Shown here: positions 39,610 through 49,382 of the stretch, piece after piece
How positions within the stretch are numbered: position 1 is the stretch's first letter
Layout: every line of letters starts with the position of its first letter
Assembly (NCBI GenBank): GCA_009991965.1
Contig: JAACWQ010000004.1
Location: forward strand, 42,074-106,073
Source: Minisyncoccota bacterium
GTDB lineage: Bacteria > Patescibacteriota > Microgenomatia > UBA1400 > PJMF01
Direction: 5' to 3'
Length of the DNA stretch: 64,000 nucleotides
The notes under the pieces: generated by a model
What the model was told of the DNA's origin: nothing
Database searches by the model: none
What the model saw: the letters and a program-made list of their open reading frames with translations, nothing else
Made by a program: the position numbers and the translations under genes

Positions 39610-39660
39610 ATATACAGATAGGATAAAAAACCCGAGCAACCTATCTGCCCGGGTTTTTTA
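39610..39660 (+). terminator. intrinsic terminator (two hairpins plus a T-run)
   Basis: ctatctgagatatacagatag hairpin followed by aaaaacccgagcaacctatctgcccgggtttttt. Confidence 0.55.
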
Positions 39661-39669
39661 AAACAACTA

Positions 39670-39903
39670 ATGGTAAATAGCATCCCTTTCATTTCAATAA
39701 AAGTCACTAATAGAGATGGTAAGACTGTGGAAACCCTAGGCAGCCGACGAACAAGACGGGTTTTCCGTTTTATCCAGAGGGAAAAATCTCCAGACGAATT
39801 GTTTGAAGTCTCAGTCACCTACTCAAATGGGATGACTAATGCTACTCCTCCACAATCAAGAGAAAAGACTATTAGAACCTTACAAGTGTTTTTAGAAAAA
39901 TGA
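39670..39903 (+). CDS. hypothetical small protein
   Basis: 77-aa ORF whose stop overlaps the next gene's ATG (ATGA coupling). Confidence 0.3.
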   Translation: MVNSIPFISIKVTNRDGKTVETLGSRRTRRVFRFIQREKSPDELFEVSVTYSNGMTNATPPQSREKTIRTLQVFLEK

Positions 39904-40529
39904 AAAATATTGATCCCAAATCAGGCCTCAAACAGATCGTTACTGGAAAACTTTATCTCCCTAGAAGAGCCATACTTGAACTAATCAGAAGTAGAAGGAT
40001 CACTCCTACTCAGCTAGGTTATTTCGTTATTGCACTAATATCAGCTGATTGGAATCAGGGTGAGTATAGATATGGTCTTATAAGGCATGATATTCGCAGG
40101 TTGGCAGCTATCTGGAATGTTCCATATTCAACTCTCTCAGATAATTTTAAAAAGTTGCAAATAAGTGGGCAATTAACAACGAAGAACAAGTTACTATCGA
40201 TCGTTGACTTCAACGATTTTCAAACATTCAGAGGTCAGTACGCTAACAAAAATTGCATCAGCGACGAAGTTCGGGATCAGATATTTGGAAAATCGTTTTT
40301 ACAATCCGAAATATCAGATTCTAACTCGATCACAGAACCTAAATCTCTTAAGATTCCCTTTAAGGTTGAATTTAATAAGACCCCACCTGGTCCATTACCA
40401 AGTCGCTTAGAAAGAACAATTGAGGACTATCAGCGCATCTATGCTGAAGGTCCATACACAACATTTGGCACTGATGAGATGATGTATCTTGACCAACACA
40501 TGGATGCTGAGGGGAAATACATCCCATGA
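39900..40529 (+). CDS. hypothetical protein (possible island replication or regulatory function)
   Basis: 209-aa ORF in the island; no confident motif. Confidence 0.4.
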   Translation: MKNIDPKSGLKQIVTGKLYLPRRAILELIRSRRITPTQLGYFVIALISADWNQGEYRYGLIRHDIRRLAAIWNVPYSTLSDNFKKLQISGQLTTKNKLLSIVDFNDFQTFRGQYANKNCISDEVRDQIFGKSFLQSEISDSNSITEPKSLKIPFKVEFNKTPPGPLPSRLERTIEDYQRIYAEGPYTTFGTDEMMYLDQHMDAEGKYIP

Positions 40530-40817
40530 TTCTCAGCCAAGAAGCGGTCTCAAGCTTTCAAATTCTGTATCAAAAGAAATGCGGGGAGGAAATTGAGTTT
40601 GAGCAAGCGCGGGTTATGGCTACAAAGGAATTAAGGCGATTTGCCCTGATATATAGACCGGTCCGAATCGAAAACAAAGATTTCTTTAGTAATCTCGTTA
40701 ACGAAAATGGTGAAGATTAGTATAAGATGAACTTGCACTCAGATTATCGATTGGGCTTTTTGATACCCTCGTCGGACAGAGCCTAATCGTTCTGAGTGCA
40801 CCGGCGGGGGTATTAAA

Positions 40818-42545
40818 ATGCAAACCAATATCAAACTTCAAAACCTTAAATGGATCATTTACTGTAGAAAAAGTACCGACACCGAAGATAAACAGATAGA
40901 ATCGTTGCCTGCCCAAAAGAAAGAATTGCTTGATCTTGCTAAACGTAGCGGATTTAATCAGATAGTAAAGATATACACCGAATCGCACTCGGCATTTCAC
41001 CCAGGTAGACCAGAGTTTAATGACATGATTGATCGTCTTTATAAGGGCGAGGCAAACGCAGTGATGGTATGGGCAGGTAATAGAATTGCTCGAAACTCCA
41101 AAGATGCTGGTAGCTTTATTTATGCGATGGATCAGGGGAAAATACTGGCCGTGAGAACTATCGGTGGCACTTACTTTAACACCCCAGACAACAAATTCGC
41201 ACTCAGCATAGACTTCACAGTTTCCAAAAAATCGTCTGATGATCTGAGCGAAGCGGTGCTCAGAGGAAATAGGGTTAAGTTTTTTGAAAACAAGGAATGG
41301 ATTGGACCAGCCAAGCAAGGCTTTATAAATTTTACCGAGCCATATACAAAAAAACGTGACGTTCAGGTCGACCAAGATAGATTCAATCTACTGCAGCTAG
41401 CAGGAGGAAAAATAGTGAGTGGCGAACTAACACCATTAGAATCACTAAATTGGCTGAATCATGATATGGGATATCGAACTCTTCCTCAGAGGAAACAAGG
41501 TGGTGGTCCACTATCAGAAACAACTTTCTATAATGTATTGTCCGATCCCTTTTACTATGGTGTCATGAGCAGAAATGTTCAAGGTGAGGTCCAAGAAGCA
41601 GAACATAAATACTCCAAGATGTTTAGCAAAACAGAGTGGGACATTATCCAGGTCAGACTTGGTAAAAAAAGCCGGTCAAAACAAAAGAAGCATGACTTCC
41701 CTTACAAGGGGGTCATGAGCTGTGGGGAGTGCGGAGGATTTGTGACGGCCGAAGAAAAATGGCAGATCATCTGTCCTGCTTGTAAAACAAAGTTTGCCAA
41801 GACCAAAAAACGCACAAGCTGCATCTCTTGCGGTTTGGAAATTGATCAAATGAAAAATCCCACTATCTTGAACTACGTTTATTATCACTGCACTAAAAAA
41901 GTTAACAAAAACTGTGCCCAGGGTTATCTTGAAATGAGCGAACTAGAACGGCAGATTGATTCGGAACTCCAGCGATTCGAGATTGACCCAGACTTCAAGG
42001 ACTGGGCAATCAACCACTTGAGTGAGCTGAATGAACACGAGTCGAAGCAAGATGAGCGAGCTACTGTACGCAATACTGGCAATTATGAGAACCTGAAAAC
42101 ACAACTTAGGCGGATGACAAAACACCGGTTCTCTGACTCGTACGAGGAATCAAGCCAAGAAGAGAAAGAGGTTTTCGAAGATGAACTAAATAAGCTCAAG
42201 GCACAAATAGAAACAACAAAAGATAGCATTAAAAATACTGATGAGAAACAGTATGATTGGATTGAGCTATCAAGGAAAACGTTCGAGTTTGCTTGTTATT
42301 CCAGATACTGGTTCCGTCACGGGGACATTAAAACTAAGACACAAATCCTCCAGTTACTTGGTCAGAACCTAAAGCTGTATAACAAGAAAGTGTTGGTAGA
42401 CGAGGATAATCTTTGGTGGCTAATTGAAAAAGCAAAGAAAGAAGTTGAAATCTTAGGAGTCAGGGTCGAACCTACAAAAAAAGCGAGTCAATCAAGCTTT
42501 AATGCCCTCTTTGATCCCGCCATTCCCACATTGTTGCGGGACTAG
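40818..42545 (+). CDS. large serine recombinase
   Basis: N-terminal resolvase catalytic domain (IIYCRKSTDTEDKQ, Ser nucleophile), recombinase domain, zinc ribbon (CGECGG...CPAC; CISCG...HC), coiled coil. Confidence 0.8.
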   Translation: MQTNIKLQNLKWIIYCRKSTDTEDKQIESLPAQKKELLDLAKRSGFNQIVKIYTESHSAFHPGRPEFNDMIDRLYKGEANAVMVWAGNRIARNSKDAGSFIYAMDQGKILAVRTIGGTYFNTPDNKFALSIDFTVSKKSSDDLSEAVLRGNRVKFFENKEWIGPAKQGFINFTEPYTKKRDVQVDQDRFNLLQLAGGKIVSGELTPLESLNWLNHDMGYRTLPQRKQGGGPLSETTFYNVLSDPFYYGVMSRNVQGEVQEAEHKYSKMFSKTEWDIIQVRLGKKSRSKQKKHDFPYKGVMSCGECGGFVTAEEKWQIICPACKTKFAKTKKRTSCISCGLEIDQMKNPTILNYVYYHCTKKVNKNCAQGYLEMSELERQIDSELQRFEIDPDFKDWAINHLSELNEHESKQDERATVRNTGNYENLKTQLRRMTKHRFSDSYEESSQEEKEVFEDELNKLKAQIETTKDSIKNTDEKQYDWIELSRKTFEFACYSRYWFRHGDIKTKTQILQLLGQNLKLYNKKVLVDEDNLWWLIEKAKKEVEILGVRVEPTKKASQSSFNALFDPAIPTLLRD

Positions 42546-42602
42546 GGGTCGAACCTAGCCTGTGAGATTATGAGCCTCACGTGCACCGTACACTATCCCG
42601 CG
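42534..42602 (-). tRNA. tRNA-like gene, anticodon CAT; C1xA72 mismatch suggests an initiator tRNA-fMet; D-loop unusually short
   Basis: Reverse strand folds as acceptor CGCGGGA/TCCCGCA, D stem GTGT/GCAC, anticodon stem-loop TGAGG-CTCATAA-TCTCA, T arm CTAGG-TTCGACC-CCTAG; 3' end overlaps the recombinase stop codon. Confidence 0.45.
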
Positions 42603-42665
42603 GTCAAGATTATACAGCTTATCTGGTAAAGGTCAAAAGTTTGGTATACTATAGCCTGGTTTCGT

Positions 42666-42739
42666 GCCAGGGTAGCTCAGTTGGTTAGAGCATGGGATTC
42701 ATAAACCCAAGGTCGAGAGTTCGAATCTCTCCCCTGGTA
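42666..42739 (+). tRNA. tRNA-Met (anticodon CAT; possibly the Ile2/lysidine isoacceptor)
   Basis: GCCAGGG acceptor, D arm GCTC-AGTTGGTTA-GAGC, anticodon loop TTCATAA, T arm GAGAG-TTCGAAT-CTCTC, discriminator A. Confidence 0.8.
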
Positions 42740-42745
42740 CACTGT

Positions 42746-43360
42746 ATGCAAAAAATTCCTCATCTATTTTCAAATGCCGATGGTGTCGCAGCAAGCTTCA
42801 GTCGCGACGAGTCACTTGCCAATGCGCAAGCCTTTGCCGATACCAATAAGCTCGCACTTGTGAGAATGCTACAACGACACACAGCGAAGTATATGATCGT
42901 CACGGAGCGCAAGCCGCAGGTTATCGATGCCGTCGATGCGCTCATCACCAAACAACGTGGCGTGCTCCTTGCTGTCAAAGTCGCAGACTGCCTCCCCATT
43001 CTCTTTTCTCACCCCTCGGGAATCGTCGGTGCCATCCATGCGGGACGCGCTGGAACGACCAAAAAGATTACACAGAAAACGCTGCAAGCGCTGACGACAG
43101 AATTTGGAATACGAGAAAATCTAACCGTTTGGTTTGGTCCGCGCATTTGCAAGGAGTGCTATCAGGTAAATAAACAGACTGACGAACACTACGATTTAGT
43201 GACTGAAAATTCCAAACAAGTTCAAGCAGTTTTCTCTGACTCACAAGCAAAAATCATCATTTCTGAACACTGTACTGCGCACCACAATAGCGAGTGGTAC
43301 TCCTACCGAACAGAAGGCAAAGGGGTGGCAATGAATTGGTTTGTGGTGGGACTATTGTAA
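42746..43360 (+). CDS. YfiH/PgeF-family protein (purine nucleoside phosphorylase / peptidoglycan editing factor, DUF152)
   Basis: VADCLPILF and AIHAGRAGT (HAGWRG-like) motifs; start trimmed so it does not overlap the tRNA. Confidence 0.75.
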   Translation: MQKIPHLFSNADGVAASFSRDESLANAQAFADTNKLALVRMLQRHTAKYMIVTERKPQVIDAVDALITKQRGVLLAVKVADCLPILFSHPSGIVGAIHAGRAGTTKKITQKTLQALTTEFGIRENLTVWFGPRICKECYQVNKQTDEHYDLVTENSKQVQAVFSDSQAKIIISEHCTAHHNSEWYSYRTEGKGVAMNWFVVGLL

Positions 43361-43411
43361 GGCTTGTTTGATATACTTTGACAGATTATGTGCTAAAATT
43401 GAAAACACAAA

Positions 43412-44398
43412 ATGCCAAATAACTCACCAGATATATCGCACGATAAAACAACTGTTACTATAAATTTGTCTAACTCGCAATTGGAAAATTTGTCTTTTTC
43501 TATCCAAGGAGATCCGGGTATTGAATTATTAGAGCAACTTTCAGATGATCCAGATTTTGAACTGCTGTCTGCTACTTTTGTTTTTGCTCTGATAGACAAA
43601 GCTCGTGAGGAGAAAAAAACGGATATCGCCGACAAAGAACCTGTGCCAAAAAAAAGTGAAATAAGCTCAATATCCCAACAACTTCCACTTGAACAACTAA
43701 GAACTATGCTTAGAGAAGTTGAGAACTGGAAAGATGATGCAATCAAGCTGACTGGCAGTAGGCTTCAGAATAATAATGGAATTTTTACTGATGCCACTCA
43801 TACTTTTCTTCAACCTGAATTTGTGCAATCGATTATTGCTTACAGCTCACCAAACGAGTGGAATCTTGCCCAGAAAAAAGGTGTTATTGATCAAAAGTTT
43901 TCTATCAGGGGATTGGGAGGAACAACTTATCCAATCATACGAAGATGCATCGTTTCCTGGGCAATAAGTAGTGGTCAACTCGATGAGAATGATGCACCCA
44001 AAATAAGAGCTAAACCAAAAGAAGAGACAGCCGTTGAAAATCCTTTCTTCACAATTCCTGAAGAACAACTGCACACAGATTTCGAAACACTGATTACACA
44101 AAACCCCGATTTACTGGAACGCAAGATTGACCGAGACGAGATAACAAGAATTCTTGCACAAAGCAATATAGTGAACTCGACTCGTTACAAAAATACATTT
44201 ATTAGAAATCATTTTTTTGAAAATAAAAAAAATAGTAGATTCATAGTAAACCTACTTGCCACAACAAATACTACTATCGATTTTAAAACTAGAATAGCGT
44301 CAGAAAAACCGGATGATATAGAGATTACTTATCGCCTAATAGGTCCAGAAGGCTACCTAGTGTTAAAACGAGCTATTTTCCAAATTCTTTCAAACTAA
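43412..44398 (+). CDS. hypothetical protein (AT-rich, orphan-like)
   Basis: 328-aa ORF, base composition unlike its neighbours, ends at a bidirectional terminator. Confidence 0.45.
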   Translation: MPNNSPDISHDKTTVTINLSNSQLENLSFSIQGDPGIELLEQLSDDPDFELLSATFVFALIDKAREEKKTDIADKEPVPKKSEISSISQQLPLEQLRTMLREVENWKDDAIKLTGSRLQNNNGIFTDATHTFLQPEFVQSIIAYSSPNEWNLAQKKGVIDQKFSIRGLGGTTYPIIRRCIVSWAISSGQLDENDAPKIRAKPKEETAVENPFFTIPEEQLHTDFETLITQNPDLLERKIDRDEITRILAQSNIVNSTRYKNTFIRNHFFENKKNSRFIVNLLATTNTTIDFKTRIASEKPDDIEITYRLIGPEGYLVLKRAIFQILSN

Positions 44399-44426
44399 GC
44401 CTGTCAAGAAGTTCAGTAAACAACCA

Positions 44427-44460
44427 AAGACCCCCACCAACGGCGGGGGTCTTTAAACCT
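44427..44460. terminator. bidirectional intrinsic terminator
   Basis: gacccccaccaacggcgggggtc hairpin (7-bp GC-rich stem) flanked by A/T runs, between convergent genes. Confidence 0.6.
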
Positions 44461-44478
44461 TTTCAGTTTTTATGTGAA

Positions 44479-46119
<1,641 letters not shown>

Positions 46120-46123
46120 CTAT

Positions 46124-46432
46124 TTATTTAGTTACTACGGCTAAAATGTCCTCAAACTTGAGGAATTGGTACTCTATGTCACCAATTTGAAATTCGTTGC
46201 CACCCCATTTTTTGTAGATGACTGCGTCTTTCACTTTGACTGGACAAGAAACTTCGACTCCATCGACCATGGCCGGTGCACCGACAGCAAGCACAGTGCC
46301 GTGTTGTGGTTTTTCTTCGTGCGAATCGGGCAAATAAATGCCAGATGCGGTTTTTTTATCGACCTTGGCTGGCTCGACCAAAACGTAGCCAGGATTTGGT
46401 TTGATAGAAGAAACAGAAATTGTCTGTGTCAT
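46124..46432 (-). CDS. groS: co-chaperonin GroES
   Basis: 102 aa; mobile loop and GroES fold pattern (IKPLGDRVLV-like, here IKPNPGYVLVEP). Confidence 0.9.
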   Translation of the reverse strand: MTQTISVSSIKPNPGYVLVEPAKVDKKTASGIYLPDSHEEKPQHGTVLAVGAPAMVDGVEVSCPVKVKDAVIYKKWGGNEFQIGDIEYQFLKFEDILAVVTK

Positions 46433-46466
46433 ATAGAACTCCTTTGTGATACTTTTTGAGTGCCTG

Positions 46467-46493
46467 TAAGCAGTTATAGTAATCGACTGCTAA
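46467..46493 (-). promoter_or_regulatory. CIRCE-like HrcA operator upstream of groES (TTAGCAGTC-N9-AACTGCTTA)
   Basis: 9-N9-9 inverted repeat, same TTAGCAG arm variant as upstream of hrcA, 35-61 bp upstream of the groES start. Confidence 0.55.
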
Positions 46494-46518
46494 TTTTTCG
46501 TCAACGGGGAGGTTACAG

Positions 46519-47130
46519 TTATAAGGATGCGTCGGGTGCTGCCACCACGAGTACTTCTTCTTTGCCACCAGATTGAACCCGAGTAACTCTGGAGAGCAAG
46601 AAGCCCTCGCAATTGAGTCCTCGATCTGCGAAGTAATTATTCAGCTCTTTTTGCACCAAGCCCTCTACTTCGCTGCGATTTCGCAGAATTTGGTCGGTCG
46701 TCAATTGTGAAAAAATATTTGCAATACGACTGCGAGAAATTGGTCGAACTACTTTTGACACCATATTTTCACCGATATTTTCCCAGAGTTCTGGTGCATT
46801 CACTCGATCAACACGAAAAAGAATGGAGCCTTCTACCGTAATATCTTGGCCGTCTTGGGTTGAAACAGATATGACATCGTCGCCCAACGCTTCATTATTC
46901 TTGCTGAGATCAAATCCTTGACGAATTGAATACTCTAAAACCTGCGCATTGAACATCTTTGCTACCTGCCAAAATGGAATTTTGAAGTGAAGGCCTGGTC
47001 CCCACACTCGAGGTAATACGCCACGACCACGATCATACACACAAGCTACGTGACCAGGAGGTACAGAGATAAAAAAACCGCCGACAACTTCATCGACCAA
47101 AAAAGAAACAACGAGACGATCAAATTCCAT
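46519..47130 (-). CDS. SPFH/band-7 domain protein
   Basis: SPFH core (VISVSTQDGQDITVEGSILFRV) and N-terminal hydrophobic segment. Confidence 0.65.
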   Translation of the reverse strand: MEFDRLVVSFLVDEVVGGFFISVPPGHVACVYDRGRGVLPRVWGPGLHFKIPFWQVAKMFNAQVLEYSIRQGFDLSKNNEALGDDVISVSTQDGQDITVEGSILFRVDRVNAPELWENIGENMVSKVVRPISRSRIANIFSQLTTDQILRNRSEVEGLVQKELNNYFADRGLNCEGFLLSRVTRVQSGGKEEVLVVAAPDASL

Positions 47131-47150
47131 AGATGGCCCTTATTGTACTT

Positions 47151-47942
47151 CTACCCAACTGTCTGCACAACAGGGGTGTCACTCGCATCCATCTGTTCTT
47201 CTGCATCTTTCTTGAGGCGATGTTCTTCCATCTTTAGGCGGAACACCATGATCAACTTGAGGATGATGCTAAATATGAGCGCAGTAATGACGAAAACTTT
47301 CTTTCCTGCCGGCAACCCCATGAAAATTAGAAACGACACAACAGGTAAAACAAGTTGATAACGGACTACCTCGTCTTTGCTCACTTTGTAAATTGAAGTG
47401 TACATACTCAAGACCTCAAAGAGAAAAATCAGGGCAGATTGGATAAGATTGAGCCTAAAACTAGTGTGAGTCAGATCGATCGCACCCAAAAACATCAGGT
47501 TAAAAGGTAGTTCAACCTTTGGCATAAATGAATAAATCAGATGAATATCTTCGCCCGGCAACCCTGTTTTGAAAATTCTCCAGAGCATAAGAGCTATCGC
47601 GACTTGCACAACGAGGGAAACGATTTCGCCAAACAACACACCTCTACTCGAATTGAGTACTTTTCTACTCAATTTCTTCCGCAAAACTGGCTCGCCAGCG
47701 TGCTTTTCTTCGATGGCCTTGATCTTGGCCGCAATCGCTCTGCGATCTTTTTCACTTTTATAACCAGACAAAGAAAGCGGCAGTATCAAAAAGCGAATAA
47801 GAATTGTCAATAAAATAACCGCAATTCCCATATCTGGATGACCGCCCGTCACCAAACCGATGAGCCAATAAAAAAAGACCAAAACGTTGAGAAATGGCTG
47901 ATAAATAACAGTCGTATACAGGACAGCTATAGAGGAAAACAT
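47151..47942 (-). CDS. yidC: membrane protein insertase YidC (short form)
   Basis: 60 kDa IMP motif GIAVILLTILIRFLILPL and five TM helices. Confidence 0.7.
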   Translation of the reverse strand: MFSSIAVLYTTVIYQPFLNVLVFFYWLIGLVTGGHPDMGIAVILLTILIRFLILPLSLSGYKSEKDRRAIAAKIKAIEEKHAGEPVLRKKLSRKVLNSSRGVLFGEIVSLVVQVAIALMLWRIFKTGLPGEDIHLIYSFMPKVELPFNLMFLGAIDLTHTSFRLNLIQSALIFLFEVLSMYTSIYKVSKDEVVRYQLVLPVVSFLIFMGLPAGKKVFVITALIFSIILKLIMVFRLKMEEHRLKKDAEEQMDASDTPVVQTVG

Positions 47943-47951
47943 ACAGTAACT

Positions 47952-48260
47952 CTAACTTCGCAAGTGTTTCTTGTCTGCTGCAACTATATGTTGCACCGCA
48001 ACCAAAGTATCTCGTAAAGAAATAATCAGATCTTGGGAAAGCTCCATGGTCGAAGAATCAAACGAGACGTCACGCAAGACAGAGTTCGAGTCATCTATAA
48101 AGTGTTCAAATGCTTGGTGCACCATATCGCCGTACTGCTCTGCCCAAACTGCACGTTCTTTGGTCGGTAAATTACCGATTTGCTCGAGGACTGCTGCCGC
48201 CTGCTTGATTTCTCGCAGTTTAATATAGAGGTCAAATTGGACGTTGCTGGGACTTCTCAT
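47952..48260 (-). CDS. hypothetical protein
   Basis: 102-aa ORF. Confidence 0.3.
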   Translation of the reverse strand: MRSPSNVQFDLYIKLREIKQAAAVLEQIGNLPTKERAVWAEQYGDMVHQAFEHFIDDSNSVLRDVSFDSSTMELSQDLIISLRDTLVAVQHIVAADKKHLRS

Positions 48261-48296
48261 AATTCAATTATAGCAAAGTTTATAATAGTCCCTCTG

Positions 48297-49382
48297 ATGC
48301 AGATTTTACAGCTAAAAAAAGACAACCAGAAAACCGTGTTGGCAGCCGCAAAAAAAGTGCTTGCTGCTGGCGGTCTAGTGATTTTCCCGACAGAAACAAC
48401 ATATGGGGCTGGAGTGTTGGCGACCAGTCAGTCAGCTGTTACAAAACTTTTAACCTACAAATCCCGCCGAGAAGGCAAACCACTCTCGATCGCAGTGGCA
48501 GATCAAGCGATGGCAGAGCAATATGTTTCTCTCAACGAACAAGCCAAGACGCTCTACAGCCAATTACTCCCTGGCCCTGTCACCGTCGTATCTCTAGCCA
48601 AGCAAGGAAAACTAGCGCCTGGCGTGACTTCAGAGTTTGGCACCCTTGGCGTACGCATTCCAGATTATTCGTTTGTACTGGAGTTGGTGCACGATCTTGG
48701 CATACCAATCACCGCCACTTCTGCCAATGGTTCTGGCAAACCGAGACCATACTCGATCGAGTTGCTGCTCAAGAACTTGTCTGCAAAGCAGCAGTCACTA
48801 ATTGACCTAGTGATCGACGCAGGAACTTTGCCAAATAATCCGCCCTCAACCGTGATTGACACCACACTCTCGACACCAGTAACGCTGCGGCAGGGGGCGA
48901 TTGCCATAACAGCAGGTGGAACAGCAACGCTGCTCGAGTCAGGATCTGCTGAAGAAACAAAACGAATTGCTGGTCAGCTGAGCCTACAACACTGGGATAC
49001 AGTTGGAAAAAATGGCCTGGTGTTTGCCCTCGACGGACCACTGGGTGCCGGTAAAACTGTTTTTGCACAGGGGGTGGCGCAGTTTTTAGGAATTGCTGAA
49101 CGATTAACTTCGCCTACCTATAGTTACATCCAGGAATATGATTTTACCAGACACCAAACAAAGGGATTGCTCTATCACTGTGACCTCTGGAAAATTGATT
49201 CAGCCGAAGCCTGTGAGCGATTGGAATTAGAAAAGCTACTCGGCCCAAACAAGATTGTAGTTATAGAGTGGTTTGCGCAGGTAGAGAATTATATACAACC
49301 GCTGCTAGCAAAAAATAATTCCAAACTTGTTCGTATACGACTCGATGAAACACCAACTGGTCACACCCTCACCCTCTCATGA
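48297..49382 (+). CDS. fused TsaC/Sua5 (YrdC) and TsaE t6A biosynthesis protein
   Basis: N-terminal YrdC (GGLVIFPTETTYGAGV...GKPLSIAVAD); C-terminal TsaE P-loop (LDGPLGAGKTVFAQGVAQFLGI...TSPTYSYIQEY). Confidence 0.7.
   Translation: MQILQLKKDNQKTVLAAAKKVLAAGGLVIFPTETTYGAGVLATSQSAVTKLLTYKSRREGKPLSIAVADQAMAEQYVSLNEQAKTLYSQLLPGPVTVVSLAKQGKLAPGVTSEFGTLGVRIPDYSFVLELVHDLGIPITATSANGSGKPRPYSIELLLKNLSAKQQSLIDLVIDAGTLPNNPPSTVIDTTLSTPVTLRQGAIAITAGGTATLLESGSAEETKRIAGQLSLQHWDTVGKNGLVFALDGPLGAGKTVFAQGVAQFLGIAERLTSPTYSYIQEYDFTRHQTKGLLYHCDLWKIDSAEACERLELEKLLGPNKIVVIEWFAQVENYIQPLLAKNNSKLVRIRLDETPTGHTLTLS

Larger units (their letters stand above)
31000..42545. mobile_element. AT-rich integrative island adjacent to a tRNA locus, with a large serine recombinase, a satellite/prophage-like packaging module (TerS, HNH, XRE regulators) and defense-like cargo
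   Basis: Base composition drops sharply to AT-rich from about 31.0 kb; recombinase gene stop overlaps a tRNA-like gene; left boundary approximate, no att repeat found. Confidence 0.5.

Noticed and set aside
40698-41375. 225-aa minus-strand ORF overlapping the 5' half of the serine recombinase gene
   Set aside because: It is antisense to a gene with clear catalytic motifs, has no recognisable features, and starts inside the recombinase coding region.
42692-42745. Longest-frame start of the YfiH/PgeF ORF at 42692
   Set aside because: That start would overlap the plus-strand tRNA (42666-42739). The internal ATG at 42746 gives a normal-length YfiH with an intact N-terminus.
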